Assembly (NCBI GenBank): GCA_964016885.1
Contig: OZ024758.1
Location: 30,008,001 to 30,072,000, forward strand
DNA length: 64,000 nt
DNA from: Eledone cirrhosa
Lineage: Eukaryota
Direction of reading: 5' to 3'
In this document: one piece after another, positions 25,507-38,637 of the stretch
Layout: every line of letters starts with the position of its first letter
How positions within the stretch are numbered: position 1 is the first letter of the stretch
Translations under genes and position numbers: made by a program
The notes under the pieces: model-generated
The model's input: the letters and a program-made list of their open reading frames with translations, nothing else
The model's database searches: none
What the model was told of the DNA's origin: nothing

Positions 25507-25850
25507 GGAGGTGCATGGCTTAGCGGTTAGAGCATTGGCCTTGCAATCGAAAGGTTGTGAGTTCAATTCTCGGACCGGGTGATGTGTTGTTTCCTTGAGC
25601 AAGACACTTTATTTCACATTGCTCCAGTTTACTCAGCTGTAGAAATGAGATGATAGGGACTGGGGTCCCTATCATTCCACTGCAAAGTGGTCGTGGAGGT
25701 GCCATGGCAAAAAAAAGCACCCAGCACTCACTGTAAATGTGGTTGGTGTTAGGAAGGGCATCCAGCTGTAGAAATCAAGCCAGAATCAGTTCCCGTCCCA
25801 CCCTTGCAAGCAGGGAAAAGCGGACGTAAAATGATGATGGTGCTGATGGT
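25507..25850 (+). mobile_element. Family B SINE
   Basis: Near-identical to 12363-12704. Confidence 0.88.
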
Positions 25851-25864
25851 GATATATGTATATA

Positions 25865-26353
25865 TCTATATATCTAAAACAGAGAATGTCTGTCTATCTG
25901 TCTGACTCCTTAAAACTCGAGAACCACCCAACTGATTGTTTTCAAACTTTACACATGTAATACTTATGGTCCTGTCGGTGTTTTGAGCAAAAAATATTTC
26001 AAATTTTCTATGCCCTAGGGACCGCATTAGGCGATTTAGCGATCTCTCTATAATTCTTAGTCTTTCTTATTAGATAGATACATAGATATAACGTTGCGCC
26101 CTTATAATATCTGTCTGTATGTCTGGCTGTCTGTATTACGACATTATTACGCTGTATGTGTGTGGGTGTGTATGTATAGATGTATATATAGTGTGGGTAT
26201 ATATATATATATATAGTGTGTAACGTTTTTCGAAATATTTACTTCTGTGTTCACAGATTGATTTTTTTAGTTTCAGAAGATCCCGTTAAGGGTGAAAGCA
26301 GCGATTCTTTGCTTAAACTTTAATCTGTTATTTTAATATATATATATATGTAT

Positions 26354-26384
<31 letters not shown>

Positions 26385-26838
26385 GGTTTAGCGTCCGTGT
26401 TCCACGCTTGCATGGGTTTGGACGGGGGTAGTCCCACTTGAGGCAAGAGTGGTTGTCTTGCTCGTATAGGACTGTCTGGCGGGTTTTCTACAGTTGGATG
26501 CCCTTCCTAACACCAACCACATTTACAGTGTGGGGCTGGGAGGTTTTTACCGTGTTGCCTACACGGCCACATTACAGCGTGGACTGTCTGGCGGGTTTTC
26601 TACAGCTGGATGCCCTTCCTAACACCAACCACATTTACAGTGTGGGGCTGAGAGGTTTATATATATATATATATATAATTATATATATATTATATATTCG
26701 TGTACAGATATTTTTGCATACACAATAACAAAATATAAACAAACGTATTGATTTCACAAGGCTCGATAAGGATAAATATATATCAAATATATAAGAACCC
26801 TAGAGCAAATACCGAGCAACGCCGGGCCATTCTGCTAG
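25865..26838 (+). mobile_element. Non-autonomous Helitron interrupted by an RTE-type 3' fragment (26355-26655 -)
   Basis: 5' TCTATATATCTAAAAC..(TCTG)n; 3' CCGAGCAACGCCGGG..CTAG|T. Confidence 0.78.
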
Positions 26839-26839
26839 T

Positions 26840-27605
<766 letters not shown>

Positions 27606-28896
27606 TCTATATATATAAAACTGAGGTTGTCTGTCTGTCTACTAAAACGGTCGGCACACATCTCCTCCTAAACCGTACGTTCAAATTTCGGTGAAATTGC
27701 TACACTTATAGATGAAGGTCCGGTGGAAACGTCGGTCAACATAATTTTCAAATCGACCCACGCCAAATGCAAAAATCGAATTTGTAATGTATTGATTTTT
27801 CAGTTCAAATGTATAAATAGAGATGAGAGACGAGTTATTTCCCTTTTATGGCGTCATTCGGACGCGTGCAAAAGTACAAAAATACACAAACTTTCGGGCC
27901 AGCAAAATTTTAACCTGCAAAATTCATGAGTTCGAAATTTCAACATTAAGCTTCCATTTTGCTTCATTTCCATTGAAAAGTCTTTTAAAACAATATTTTT
28001 ACTTGAAAACAAGCCTATTTGAATACACAGTAAAACAAGCAAATATTTTGTAAAAAAAGCATATGAGATAAAGATAAAGGCTTATGAGATTTTCATTTAG
28101 AAGCAATGATTTTAAACGACAGATAGATAACGCAATTTCTTTGTTTCAAAATAACTGATAGTTTGGTTACGCTGATGTTTTTCTCTGAGACAAGTGTTGC
28201 AGTGTTTACATTTTCGATTTTTGTTAATAGATTACCAGTGCAGTTTTTATCCCCAGCATCCTCTTTTGTTTTAACATTCGGGTTATGGTTATGTTTTCTT
28301 AACTTCATAAGGCATACTGTTGGTTGAGGGAATATTAATCAAAGGTACCACATGAAAGTCTACACTGTAGACTCTAGTTTTAAGCCAAGAAAGGAACTTA
28401 ACATTGTAACTTTAACAGAGTTACTGAGCAGCCCCGAGCACTTTGCATATGCATTACTTATGTTTCACAAATTTTCTTGACTGAAAAAGATTTCAAATTT
28501 TTGCCCGGGGACCACATTGATTAGCATTTTGGTTGCATTAGGGCCTGTAACCTTAAAAGTATCCAACTAAATTCCTTCATGCTCTCCACCACTGCAGTCC
28601 CACATGCAACTATTGCTTTCATTGTACCATAGCACAACAAATAGATGTTCGGTTTGTCGAGTGCCTTTTTACTTAACCCTATCGGCTTGGCTTTCATAGG
28701 TTGAACATTTTACTCTCAGGCACCCAATTAAGTCAAACCCCTGGTAATTTACGACAAATTTTTTTTATAAGCACAAAATGTAGACACCACCCCCCAGGCC
28801 GAGGTATTCCATACGTCTCTGTACTGTTTCAGAAAGGAGGGATAAACATGCCAATCTATGTTTAGAATCCTGAGCAACGCTGGGCCATTCTGCTAG
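27606..28896 (+). mobile_element. Non-autonomous Helitron
   Basis: 5' TCTATATATATAAAAC..(GTCT)n; 3' CCTGAGCAACGCTGGG-CCATTCTG-CTAG|T, nearly the same end as at 26838. Confidence 0.78.
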
Positions 28897-29044
28897 TGTA
28901 CATATATATATATATATAAACAAAGAGATATTTAATTTGTTGGTTATTCAACAAATTTATTTATAACAGATTCGAAGCACTCAACAGATTTTCTATCCAA
29001 ACTTAACCTGAACCGATAAGGTCTGGTTTCTTGGATATGTCACC

Positions 29045-29141
29045 ATTTATAAAACAAATTTGGTATTTTATCTGATGAGGGCGTACCAACATTTTGGTAC
29101 CCTTGAAATATATATAATAAAACAAATAAGGTTTTATAAAT
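29045..29141 (+). ncRNA. Minimal type-I hammerhead ribozyme (Penelope/retrozyme-type)
   Basis: TTTTAT-CTGATGA-[GGGCGTACCAA-CATT-TTGGTACCCTT]-GAAA-T-ATAT-A-TA^ATAAAA; stem I extends via ATTTG/CAAAT and ATTTATAAAAC/GTTTTATAAAT. Confidence 0.72.
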
Positions 29142-29165
29142 ATAGTTTCCATTTATTAATATCAT

Positions 29166-29243
<78 letters not shown>

Positions 29244-29330
29244 GTTAAACAAGATTCAATGAGTATATCAAAGAATACTACCTTGATTAAATCTTAATTT
29301 AACATCTCAGGGTATGTCATGTATCATTAT

Positions 29331-29383
29331 ATTTTGTCTGATGAGGACATACTGTTGTACATCCGAAATATGTATAATAAAAT
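29331..29383 (+). ncRNA. Minimal type-I hammerhead ribozyme
   Basis: ATTTTGT-CTGATGA-[GGACATAC-TGTT-GTACATCC]-GAAA-T-ATGT-A-TA^ATAAAAT; 7-bp stem I, G-C pair closing stem II. Confidence 0.72.
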
Positions 29384-29435
29384 TTAATTGATCAAAAGAA
29401 CATCTATTTTATTAATATTTGTATTTTAATATATA

Positions 29436-29495
29436 TATATATTTGTTTTCATAAACTTGAAATGATATATACATAACCACACACACACACATACA

Positions 29496-29534
<39 letters not shown>

Positions 29535-29717
29535 ACACACACACACACGCACACACACACATATATGAAAAGGTTTCTCTTGTTCTCTAATAAACTTGAA
29601 ACGAAGTATATATTTGTTTTCATAAACTTGAAATGATATATACATAACCACACACACACACACACACACATATATGAAAAGGTTTGTCTTGTTCTCTAAT
29701 AAACTTGAAACGAAGTA
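29436..29717. repeat. Tandem duplication containing (CA)n
   Basis: TATATTTGTTTTCATAAACTTG...(CA)n...AAACGAAGTA present twice. Confidence 0.8.
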
Positions 29718-30390
29718 CCATTGTTTTAGCACGAGCCAAGGTAAATAAGTGATGGTAGGCTGCCACCTTACCTACATATTTTCACCTGCCTAATGTTTCT
29801 TACATCAGCAACATTTGCCAATCTGTTTATAAACCTCTCATGTAATTCAGGAAGCTGATCTGTCTTCAACATATTCACTGAAGGCATGGTTTTTTTGTTG
29901 TTGTATATTTGTCTATATATTTTCCTGTGTTGTAGAGTCTTCTGCTACCCACAGGCATTCTCTCTCCTCTACATAACACTGTTACACTTGATTGCTTTGA
30001 AATCATTTTACAAACATCAGCTGTTTTGTTATTGTAAGTCTGAGGCCACAAGTTGTTAGGTTTATTCATTGTTGTCTTTTTACTGGTTTCTTATATATAT
30101 ATCCTCATCATCATCGTTTAACGACTATTTTCCACACTAGCATAGGTTAGACGGGCTTGTCCCATTATAGGCAAGTTGGGTCAGCTGACCGTGTCTCGCT
30201 CATATAGGACTGGTTCTGTCTGGATTTCTATGGCTGGGTGCTTTTTGTCATGACACCTACACAATCACTTTACAGTGGAGGTTGGATGTTTTTGTGGTAT
30301 CAACATAACTTTACAGAGTAAGGGTGGTATGGGCAGAAGTGGGAGTGGGGTGTATGGAAGGAGGATATATATATCTATATCTATATATCT

Positions 30391-30431
<41 letters not shown>

Positions 30432-30433
30432 AA

Positions 30434-30546
30434 TTATAAAAAGTTGGGACCCAATACTGAGAGCTCTTGCCATTTCAACTGCCTGTATTTGGAACTAGCT
30501 GTTGAAATGGCAAGAGCTCAGCCGTTGGGTCCCAACTCTTTATAAT
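30434..30546. repeat. ~45-bp hairpin in a TA-flanked insert
   Basis: AAGTTGGGACCCAA..GAGCTCTTGCCATTTCAAC pairs with GTTGAAATGGCAAGAGCTC..TTGGGTCCCAACT. Confidence 0.8.
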
Positions 30547-30687
30547 ATAGCCATGCTCTACTATCCCAAGTATCAAGTACTCTCTTGAGTAATAGTTTAA
30601 CTAGTTTTAAACTGGTTCTATCCTGTTTTATACATCCATATATATATATATAATATAAGATCAAAAGATGGTTAAAAGAGTTCCATG

Positions 30688-30758
30688 TATTTTATTATGC
30701 GCATTTCAAAAACAAATATCATCATGCGATAACATTTGCGTTTTCGTCAGATAAAATA
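30688..30758 (-). ncRNA. Minimal type-I hammerhead ribozyme in a foldback insert (IR arms ~30653-30706 / 30818-30871)
   Basis: Minus: TATTTTAT-CTGACGA-[~15-bp stem II]-GAAA-T-GCGC-A-TA^ATAAAATA; palindromic stem III. Confidence 0.72.
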
Positions 30759-30960
30759 GGGATACATGATATGAAGGTTAAAAAACACTTGTGAATAGTG
30801 CAGTTTTAAATCAACATAAATGCGCATAATAAAATACATGGAACTCTTTTAACCATCTTTTGATCTTATATATTATTTATACTCCAGTCCTACAAACTGT
30901 AGAGTGCTACTTATCCGATATCTGCATTGCTTTATTGTACTACAATAAAACTCACCTCCT

Positions 30961-31060
<100 letters not shown>

Positions 31061-31309
31061 CACAAGGATCAAAGCTATGTTCAAAGCATTTATTCACTTA
31101 CAATTGTTTCATCCAAACCTAGGCTTGGAGTCTTCGGAGCATTTTTCAATGCTTGTACATATAATTGACCTCCTTTCCAACGCAAGAGACATACAGATAC
31201 ATATATATATATATTGATGTACAGTGGAGTGACATATATTATACTATACTATATTTGTACAGCAATTCAAATTTCAAATCAAAATTAAAATACATGCGGC
31301 AGATAACAC

Positions 31310-31355
<46 letters not shown>

Positions 31356-31361
<6 letters not shown>

Positions 31362-31937
31362 GAGGAAAGCACAAACAGGGAACATTCCCATCATCAGTTG
31401 TCTGCTGGAGGTTACAGACATTTCAACGCATTAAAGACAATATGTCTAGCTGCAGTGTGTAAATAACTATTGGAAGTTATTGGGGGGAAAAGGAGAGAGA
31501 GAAAAAAAATATAACAGAAGAGAAATAAGGAAGAAAAAAAGAGAAAAAAAACGCAGTGAACATACTGAAAAAGAGGGAAACACGAAAATCACATGTATGT
31601 ATATGAGTAACTAGGAGAGAGGGAGAAGTTAAAACCAGCTACTGAACTTAAGTCTGAGGCAAGAAAATCCGTCAGACAAAGCCTCAGACTTAAGTTCAGT
31701 AGCTGGTTTTGACTTTTCGTGTTTCCCTCTTTTTCAGTATGTTCTCTGTGTTTTTTTTTCTTTTTTTCTTCCTTCTGTTATATTTTTTTCTCTCTCTCCT
31801 TTTCCCCCCAATTACTTCCAATAGTTATTGACACACTGGAGCTAGACATATTGTCTTTAATGCGTTAAAATGTCTGTAACCTCCAGCAGACAACTGATGA
31901 TGGGAATATCCCCCCGTTTGTGCTTTTCTCTTATTTT
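31356..31937. repeat. Large foldback insert (arms ~260-300 bp, ~20-bp loop), probably a Penelope-like pseudo-LTR
   Basis: 31356-31660 pairs with 31681-31937, with small indels; TA-flanked. Confidence 0.85.
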
Positions 31938-32721
31938 TAAATACACTTTATCAAGTAACCACACAGCTCCCTGTTTCTTCAAGTATATATAGTATAATTA
32001 AAATTTCATACACTTAACATGTATGCACGACCTTAGGTTTTGGGCACAGCTTAGACATAACACCTGGACTGGAGTGTTGAGTGTGTCCTTCCCTCTCCTT
32101 CCCCTTTCACTATTTAATATTTTTTCTTTTTTTTTTTTTCTTTCTTATTGTATTATTTTCTGTATTTTCATTTCCATGAATAAAACTTTACAAATTAGAC
32201 CCCCTGCTCCTCCCCAATGTTCTCTGCAAAACAACATACGTTTCAGTGACTACTCTCTGGTTAACCCAAGATTCATTTCACATCAGGAGTACATATGTTT
32301 TAAAAATATAAATATATTTTGGTATTCTTATTTTTGTAGAGCATATGCTATTTTCGTATATAGATAAGCGCTGCCTGAAATTCCACTCTGTTATTACTAT
32401 CACTCGACCACTCAACTGTGAAGTGGGTGTGGTTTACCTATTTCCAGCTAGGTTCATTCATTCATTTACAGTTAAAAGTATTTAATTTGGCACTGTAGAC
32501 CACTAAAGTACATGTTGGTGTATCATTGATGCATGCATTACTTTGGGGGTTTCTTTTACTTCTCATCAGTTTTATTATATTAACATATAGGTGGAATACC
32601 TTTTGCTGGAGCTGTTGTTTTTATAGCTGAATGCCTTTCCTACAAAATCATAAAGTACAACTGGAACCATTTACTTGGAATTTTCTTGGCAACCACTAGA
32701 TTGGTATATGGCAGTGGACTG

Positions 32722-33130
32722 GCAAAAACATTAGAATATTGGGCAAAATATTAGAGTATTGGGCAAAATATTAGAGTATTGGGCAAAATATTAGAGTATC
32801 GGGCAAAATATTAGAGTATCAGGCAAAATATTAGAATATCGGGCAAAATATTAGAGTATTGGGCAAAATATTAGAGTATTGGGCAAAATATTAGAGTATT
32901 GGGCAAAATATTAGAGTATTGGGCAAAATATTAGAGTATTGGGCAAAATATTAGAGTATCGGGCAAAATATTAGAGTATCAGGCAAAATATTAGAATATC
33001 GGGGAAAACATTAGAGTATTGGGCAAAATATTAGAGTATTGGGCAAAATATTAGAATATCGGGGAAAACATTAGCGTATTGACCAAAATATTAGATTATT
33101 GGGGAAAACATTAGAATATTGGGGAAAATA
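32722..33130. repeat. 20-bp minisatellite, ~20 copies, inside a family-A-like SINE head
   Basis: Unit TTAGAGTATTGGGCAAAATA; SINE continues at 33130-33212 and ~33495-33590. Confidence 0.92.
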
Positions 33131-34850
33131 CTATTATGGTGTTTGGTTACAGATCTTTACATTTCTGAGCTCAAATTCTGCTGAGGTTAAAACTTCACCT
33201 TTCATCCTTCTGTCTGTTTTAAGCCAGAAGGTTCATTAGAATGGTGCTTATCCTGGTTTCATGGCGTGAAGTGACTGAGAGTACAAGAATTCCCCCAGGA
33301 CAAGATGTCAGTCTATCACAGGCTTAACCCCCCAGCTATTGCTGGTACTCATTTACAGCTGAGTATACTGGAGCAACATGAAATGAAGTGTTTTGCCCAA
33401 GAACACAACACAACACACAACCCAGCCCAGGAATCTAACCCGCGACATTATGATCGTAAGTCCAACACTCTTACCACTAGGCCACACGCCTCCACTTTTC
33501 ATCCTTCTGGGATTGATAAAATATAGCACCAATCAAGTATTGGGAGTCAAATTAATCGGTTCTTGCTCTACCCAGAAAATTGTTGACCTTGTGCAGATAG
33601 GAGTGCTACTGAGGGTTAATGACTAGTTTGAGACAAGCACCACACACACCGAAGTGCCACCAGCCAAACTGTCTGAGATGCACACAGGGCAATGAAACCA
33701 CTCTACACACTACCACTCAGTGTCCATGCATTGCTTGTGTCAAACAGCTGCTGTCATATATATGTGCAGTATATATATATATGTGCTCATGTGCAGCATC
33801 GGTGCCACGTAAGCAGAAAAAACATACATGTAGGACAGATCTGGCTATCAGCTTAGTCTATAGTGAAAATTAAACCACCACCATTCCTTGAGGGGAAGTA
33901 TGGCAAGTTTTCCTTTGCCTAGTAGCTGTTTGGTGGTCACATTTAAAAGTTTTGAGGAGAAGATTCTTCCTCTCTGGCCAAGCATTCATTGACGTAACAT
34001 AAATATAACATAGTTCTGACCAGTTAATTAGCTTAAAGTGTGATAGAGGTGAGAAGTGGTACACGGTGTGAGGCTATGATTAATCTGTGACTGGACACTG
34101 GCAGCATTGTATAATTGACACACTTTTCATTATCTTATAAAGATGGAAAATGTCAGAAAGGCCATTATATGTGTGTGTGTGTTAATTACTGCAAACATCT
34201 TCATAGCAACAGTTTTTTATAAAGCAAGCATTGACATTTATTTATGCCCCCCATAGATAATATCTTCTATAGTGTAACAGTTCAATGAATATCTTCAGTA
34301 CGAATACATAGCGTACTTTAAATAAATCATGGAAGAGCATCCGGCTATAAAGAAAAAATCTGCCACTTCTAATCCCTGCAATCATGGAAGAACGGACATA
34401 AAATCAATGACGGTGATGATGATACAACAGGATATACACGAAATATAATGTATCAATTATATTTCATATATAAATCAAGCCTTAGACTATAACTGGACAG
34501 ATCTCTCACCTCATTATTTTTATACTAGAAAGAAGAAAGGACCAGTCTCTTCAAGACTATATATGTTTTCTTTGGTACATCAGGATTCATATATATTTAT
34601 TTACAGATTTTCTTTAGTGATAATAACACTCTTATTCCTTTTTGTATCTTAGAAAAATGTTTCTGTCTTCTTTTAGGGGGAAAATAAGTACTATTATGAT
34701 TCATAGTCCAATGATTAATTATAACATTTCTTGTTATATGAAATATCATCCAGAGAAATGTAGTTTTGTATTATGAAATAATCTTGTCTTACTTGATATA
34801 TATCATTCATATATGTCATACATAAACATTTTGTTGGCTTTACAAAGAAA

Positions 34851-35800
34851 TACGAGGGTGGGTGAAATGTTCAACCAGAGCAAGCAGAATTAATTACCTT
34901 GTTCACTGTATTAATCTTTGTATATTTCCAGCACTATTTAACCAGCTTTAGTGGGATTTGAACACAGAGTAGCATGATGTAAAACTAGAGGGTTGGCTGA
35001 AAAGTTCATAGGCTGACCAAGATACTCTCAAGGAATGATCAAATGAGGTTTAGTTTTTAACATTAGTCCCTGGAAAGAAACAATGCAGTTATTAAAACAA
35101 AGAGTTGAAATTAATGCATGCAAGGTTTCACAGCTCTAACATCACTCCTTCATAATCAGCCTATGAACTTTTCAGACTACCCTTGTACATGTTGTAAGAC
35201 CGACAAAGAATGCAACAGGAGAATCATTGAAAAAAAGAGGCGGTCATTATTATCTTGAGAAGTTTTAGGTATCAAAGCAGTTCTTTATAAATATTATATT
35301 TTTAACTTCATTAACCTACAATATAAAAAGAAATAAAGAAAGAAGAAAAAAGGTGTATATTTGATAGTGTAGCCCTAACTAATCCATCGCTTTAAACCTG
35401 TCATTTGCTTCATCTTAAAGAGAAGTCGCTACTAGTTACTTTTGAAGTCTTCTTTGAGCAGTCAGATGTCAGTTTACCTGGAAATAAACAATGTAGTTAT
35501 TAATATGAATAGTTGAAATTAATACATGCAAGATTTTACAGCTTCATAGCCTATGGACTTTTCAGCCTACCCTCATACAGCGATAAGAAAAGTTGAAATT
35601 AATGCATGCAAGATTTCACAGCTCTAGCATCAATTCTTCATGGTTAGCCTATGAACTTTTCAACCTACCATTATATATATATATATATATATATACATAC
35701 ACATACGAGGGTCAACTGAAAAGCTCATAAGCTGACCAAGATACTCTTATGGAATGACTAGATTTCATAGCTCTAGCATCACTCCGTCATAGTCAACCTA
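34851..35800. mobile_element. Cluster of mariner-derived MITE copies and fragments
   Basis: GAGGGTTGGCTGAAAAGTTCATAGGCTGA / TCAGCCTATGAACTTTTCAG..ACCCT termini; most complete copy 34988-35185. Confidence 0.7.
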
Positions 35801-36000
35801 ACCTGGTACACTGTTTTAATTGACTGAAGAATTGATTGAAGGATTATTTTATGTTCTTGGTTTGTCTCTTGTCAAGTATTTTATTGTCTCTGCTGCCACA
35901 TCGTCAAGGAACTATTTATGATACAAGGTGTTCTATTTCTACATAGAAAAATGTGTAATTTGAAGAATTTTACGAGAGTGTTGGCTGTGTTGTTACCAAG

Positions 36001-36310
36001 ATCAACACTACCACCACCACTGCCAACAACAGCAACACTACTGCCACCACCATCAACAACAACAACACCACTACCATCAATACCACCACCAACAACACCA
36101 CCATCATCATCACTAACATCACCGCTGTCGCCAACATCAATACCACCACCAGCACTGTCATCACTAGCAACACCACCACCAACAACAACACCACCACTAC
36201 CATCAACACCAACACCACCACTACCACCATCACCACTGCGACCAACAGCAATACCACTACCAACAATGTCATCACCACTGCCACTACCATCACCACCACC
36301 ACCAACAACA
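36001..36310. repeat. (CCA/CAA)n low-complexity trinucleotide tract
   Basis: Directly visible. Confidence 0.9.
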
Positions 36311-36312
36311 AT

Positions 36313-36803
36313 GTTTCTTACTCCCACTAGATTTTCACATCATTTCAGATGTTCACACTGAAGGTTCAATGGTCAGGGCCTCCTAGAGAAATTTTGCAGG
36401 GCGGTACAAGACCGCTTTGGGGCTCGAAGCAGGCAAAGATTTTTTTCAAAATGGATGCTGTGACAAAGTCTTTCAATACCAACATGTATGATTTGAAAAT
36501 GTCCAGAAACATTACATCTCAAATAGAAATAACTATACTGACATTAAGTATAGCTAACCTTCCTCAGGGTCTATGAGAGGGGGGAGGGGGGCAGACGGTA
36601 TTTTGTTCCAGGACCCAAGAGCTAAGAAGACCCCACTGCAACCATGCAACATCCATTTTGAAAAAAAATCTTTGCCTGCTTCGAGCTCCAAAGCGGTCTT
36701 GTATCGCCTTACAAAATTTCTCTTGGGGGCCCCTGACCATCCTACATTGAACCTTCAGTGTGAACATCTGAAATGATGTGAAAATCTAGTTGGAGTAAGA
36801 AAC
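36313..36803. repeat. ~150-bp inverted duplication abutting the 42-bp array
   Basis: 36313-36460 is the reverse complement of 36648-36803. Confidence 0.88.
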
Positions 36804-38637
36804 TCTCAGGAGAGTTGGACAGCAGAAGGTCTTCAGAGAAGAAACTCTCAGGAGAGTTGGACAGCAGAAGGTCTTCAGAGAAGAAACTCTCAGGAGAGCT
36901 GGACAGTAGAAGGTCTTCAGAGAAGAAACTCTCAGGAGAGCTGGACAGTAGAAGGTCTTCAGAGAAGAAACTCTCAGGAGAGCTGGACAGTAGAAGGTCT
37001 TCAGAGAAGAAACTCTCAGGAGAGCTGGACAGTAGAAGGTCTTCAGAGAAGAAACTCTCAGGAGAGTTGGACAGCAGAAGGTCTTCAGAGAAGAAACTCT
37101 CAGGAGAGCTGGACAGTAGAAGGTCTTCAGAGAAGAAACTTTCAGGAGAGCTGGACAGTAGAAGGTCTTCAGAGAAGAAACTCTCAGGAGAGCTGGACAG
37201 TAGAAGGTCTTCAGAGAAGAAACTCTCAGGAGAGCTGGACAGTAGAAGGTCTTCAGAGAAGAAACTCTCAGGAGAGTTGGACAGCAGAAGGTCTTCAGAG
37301 AAGAAACTCTCAGGAGAGCTGGACAGTAGAAGGTCTTCAGAGAAGAAACTCTCAGGAGAGCTGGACAGTAGAAGGTCTTCAGAGAAGAAACTCTCAGGAG
37401 AGCTGGACAGTAGAAGGTCTTCAGAGAAGAAACTCTCAGGAGAGCTGGACAGTAGAAGGTCTTCAGAGAAGAAACTCTCAGGAGAGTTGGACAGCAGAAG
37501 GTCTTCAGAGAAGAAACTCTCAGGAGAGCTGGACAGTAGAAGGTCTTCAGAGAAGAAACTCTCAGGAGAGCTGGACAGTAGAAGGTCTTCAGAGAAGAAA
37601 CTCTCAGGAGAGCTGGACAGTAGAAGGTCTTCAGAGAAGAAACTCTCAGGAAAGCTGGACAGTAGAAGGTTTTCAGAGAAGAAACTCTCAGGAGAGCTGG
37701 ACAGTAGAAGGTCTTCAGAGAAGAAACTCTCAGGAGAGCTGGACAGTAGAAGGTCTTCAGAGAAGAAACTCTCAGGAGAGCTGGACAGTAGAAGGTCTTC
37801 AGAGAAGAAACTCTCAGGAGAGCTGGACAGTAGAAGGTCTTCAGAGAAGAAACTCTCAGGAGAGCTGGACAGTAGAAGGTCTTCAGAGAAGAAACTCTCA
37901 GGAGAGCTGGACAGTAGAAGGTCTTCAGAGAAGAAACTCTCAGGAGAGCTGGACAGTAGAAGGTCTTCAGAGAAGAAACTCTCAGGAGAGCTGGACAGTA
38001 GAAGGTCTTCAGAGAAGAAACTCTCAGGAGAGCTGGACAGTAGAAGGTCTTCAGAGAAGAAACTCTCAGGAGAGCTGGACAGTAGAAGGTCTTCAGAGAA
38101 GAAACTCTCAGGAGAGTTGGACAGTTGAAGGTCTTCAGACAAGAAACTCTCAGGAGAGCTGGACAGTTGTAGGTCTTCAGAGAAGAAACTCTCAGGAAAG
38201 CTGGACAGTAGAAGGTCTTCAGAGAAGAAACTCTCAGGAGAGTTGGACAGTTGAAGGTCTTCAGAGAAGAAACTCTCAGGAAAGCTGGACAGTTGAAGGT
38301 CTTCAGAGAAGAAACTCTCAGGAAAGCTGGACAGTTGAAGGTCTTCAGAGAAGAAACTCTCAGGAAAGCTGGACAGTTGTAGGTCTTCAGAGAAGAAACT
38401 CTCAGGAGAGCTGGACAGTAGTAGGTCTTCAGAGAAGAAACTCTCAGGAGAGCTGGACAGTAGTAGGTCTTCAGAGAAGAAACTCTCAGGAGAGCTGGAC
38501 AGTAGTAGGTCTCTCAGGAGAGCTGGACAGTTGTAGGTCTTCAGAGAAGAAACTCTCAGGAAAGCTGGACAGTAGAAGGTCTTCAGAGAAGAAACTCTCA
38601 GGAGAGCTGGACAGTTGCAGGTCTTCAGAGAAGAAAC
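36797..38637. repeat. 42-bp minisatellite, ~44 copies
   Basis: Unit AAGAAACTCTCAGGAGAGCTGGACAGTAGAAGGTCTTCAGAG. Confidence 0.97.

Noticed and set aside
31860-31915. Hammerhead in the large foldback (CTGATGA at ~31894)
   Set aside because: No GAAA/UH in the correct order after a stem II; at most a decayed remnant.
32230-32292. Minus-strand hammerhead-like CTGATGT...GAAACGTA
   Set aside because: Core A9 missing and stem I does not pair.
35881-36361. Pro/Thr-rich, Gly-rich and Val-rich ORFs
   Set aside because: Translations of a (CCA/CAA)n tract.
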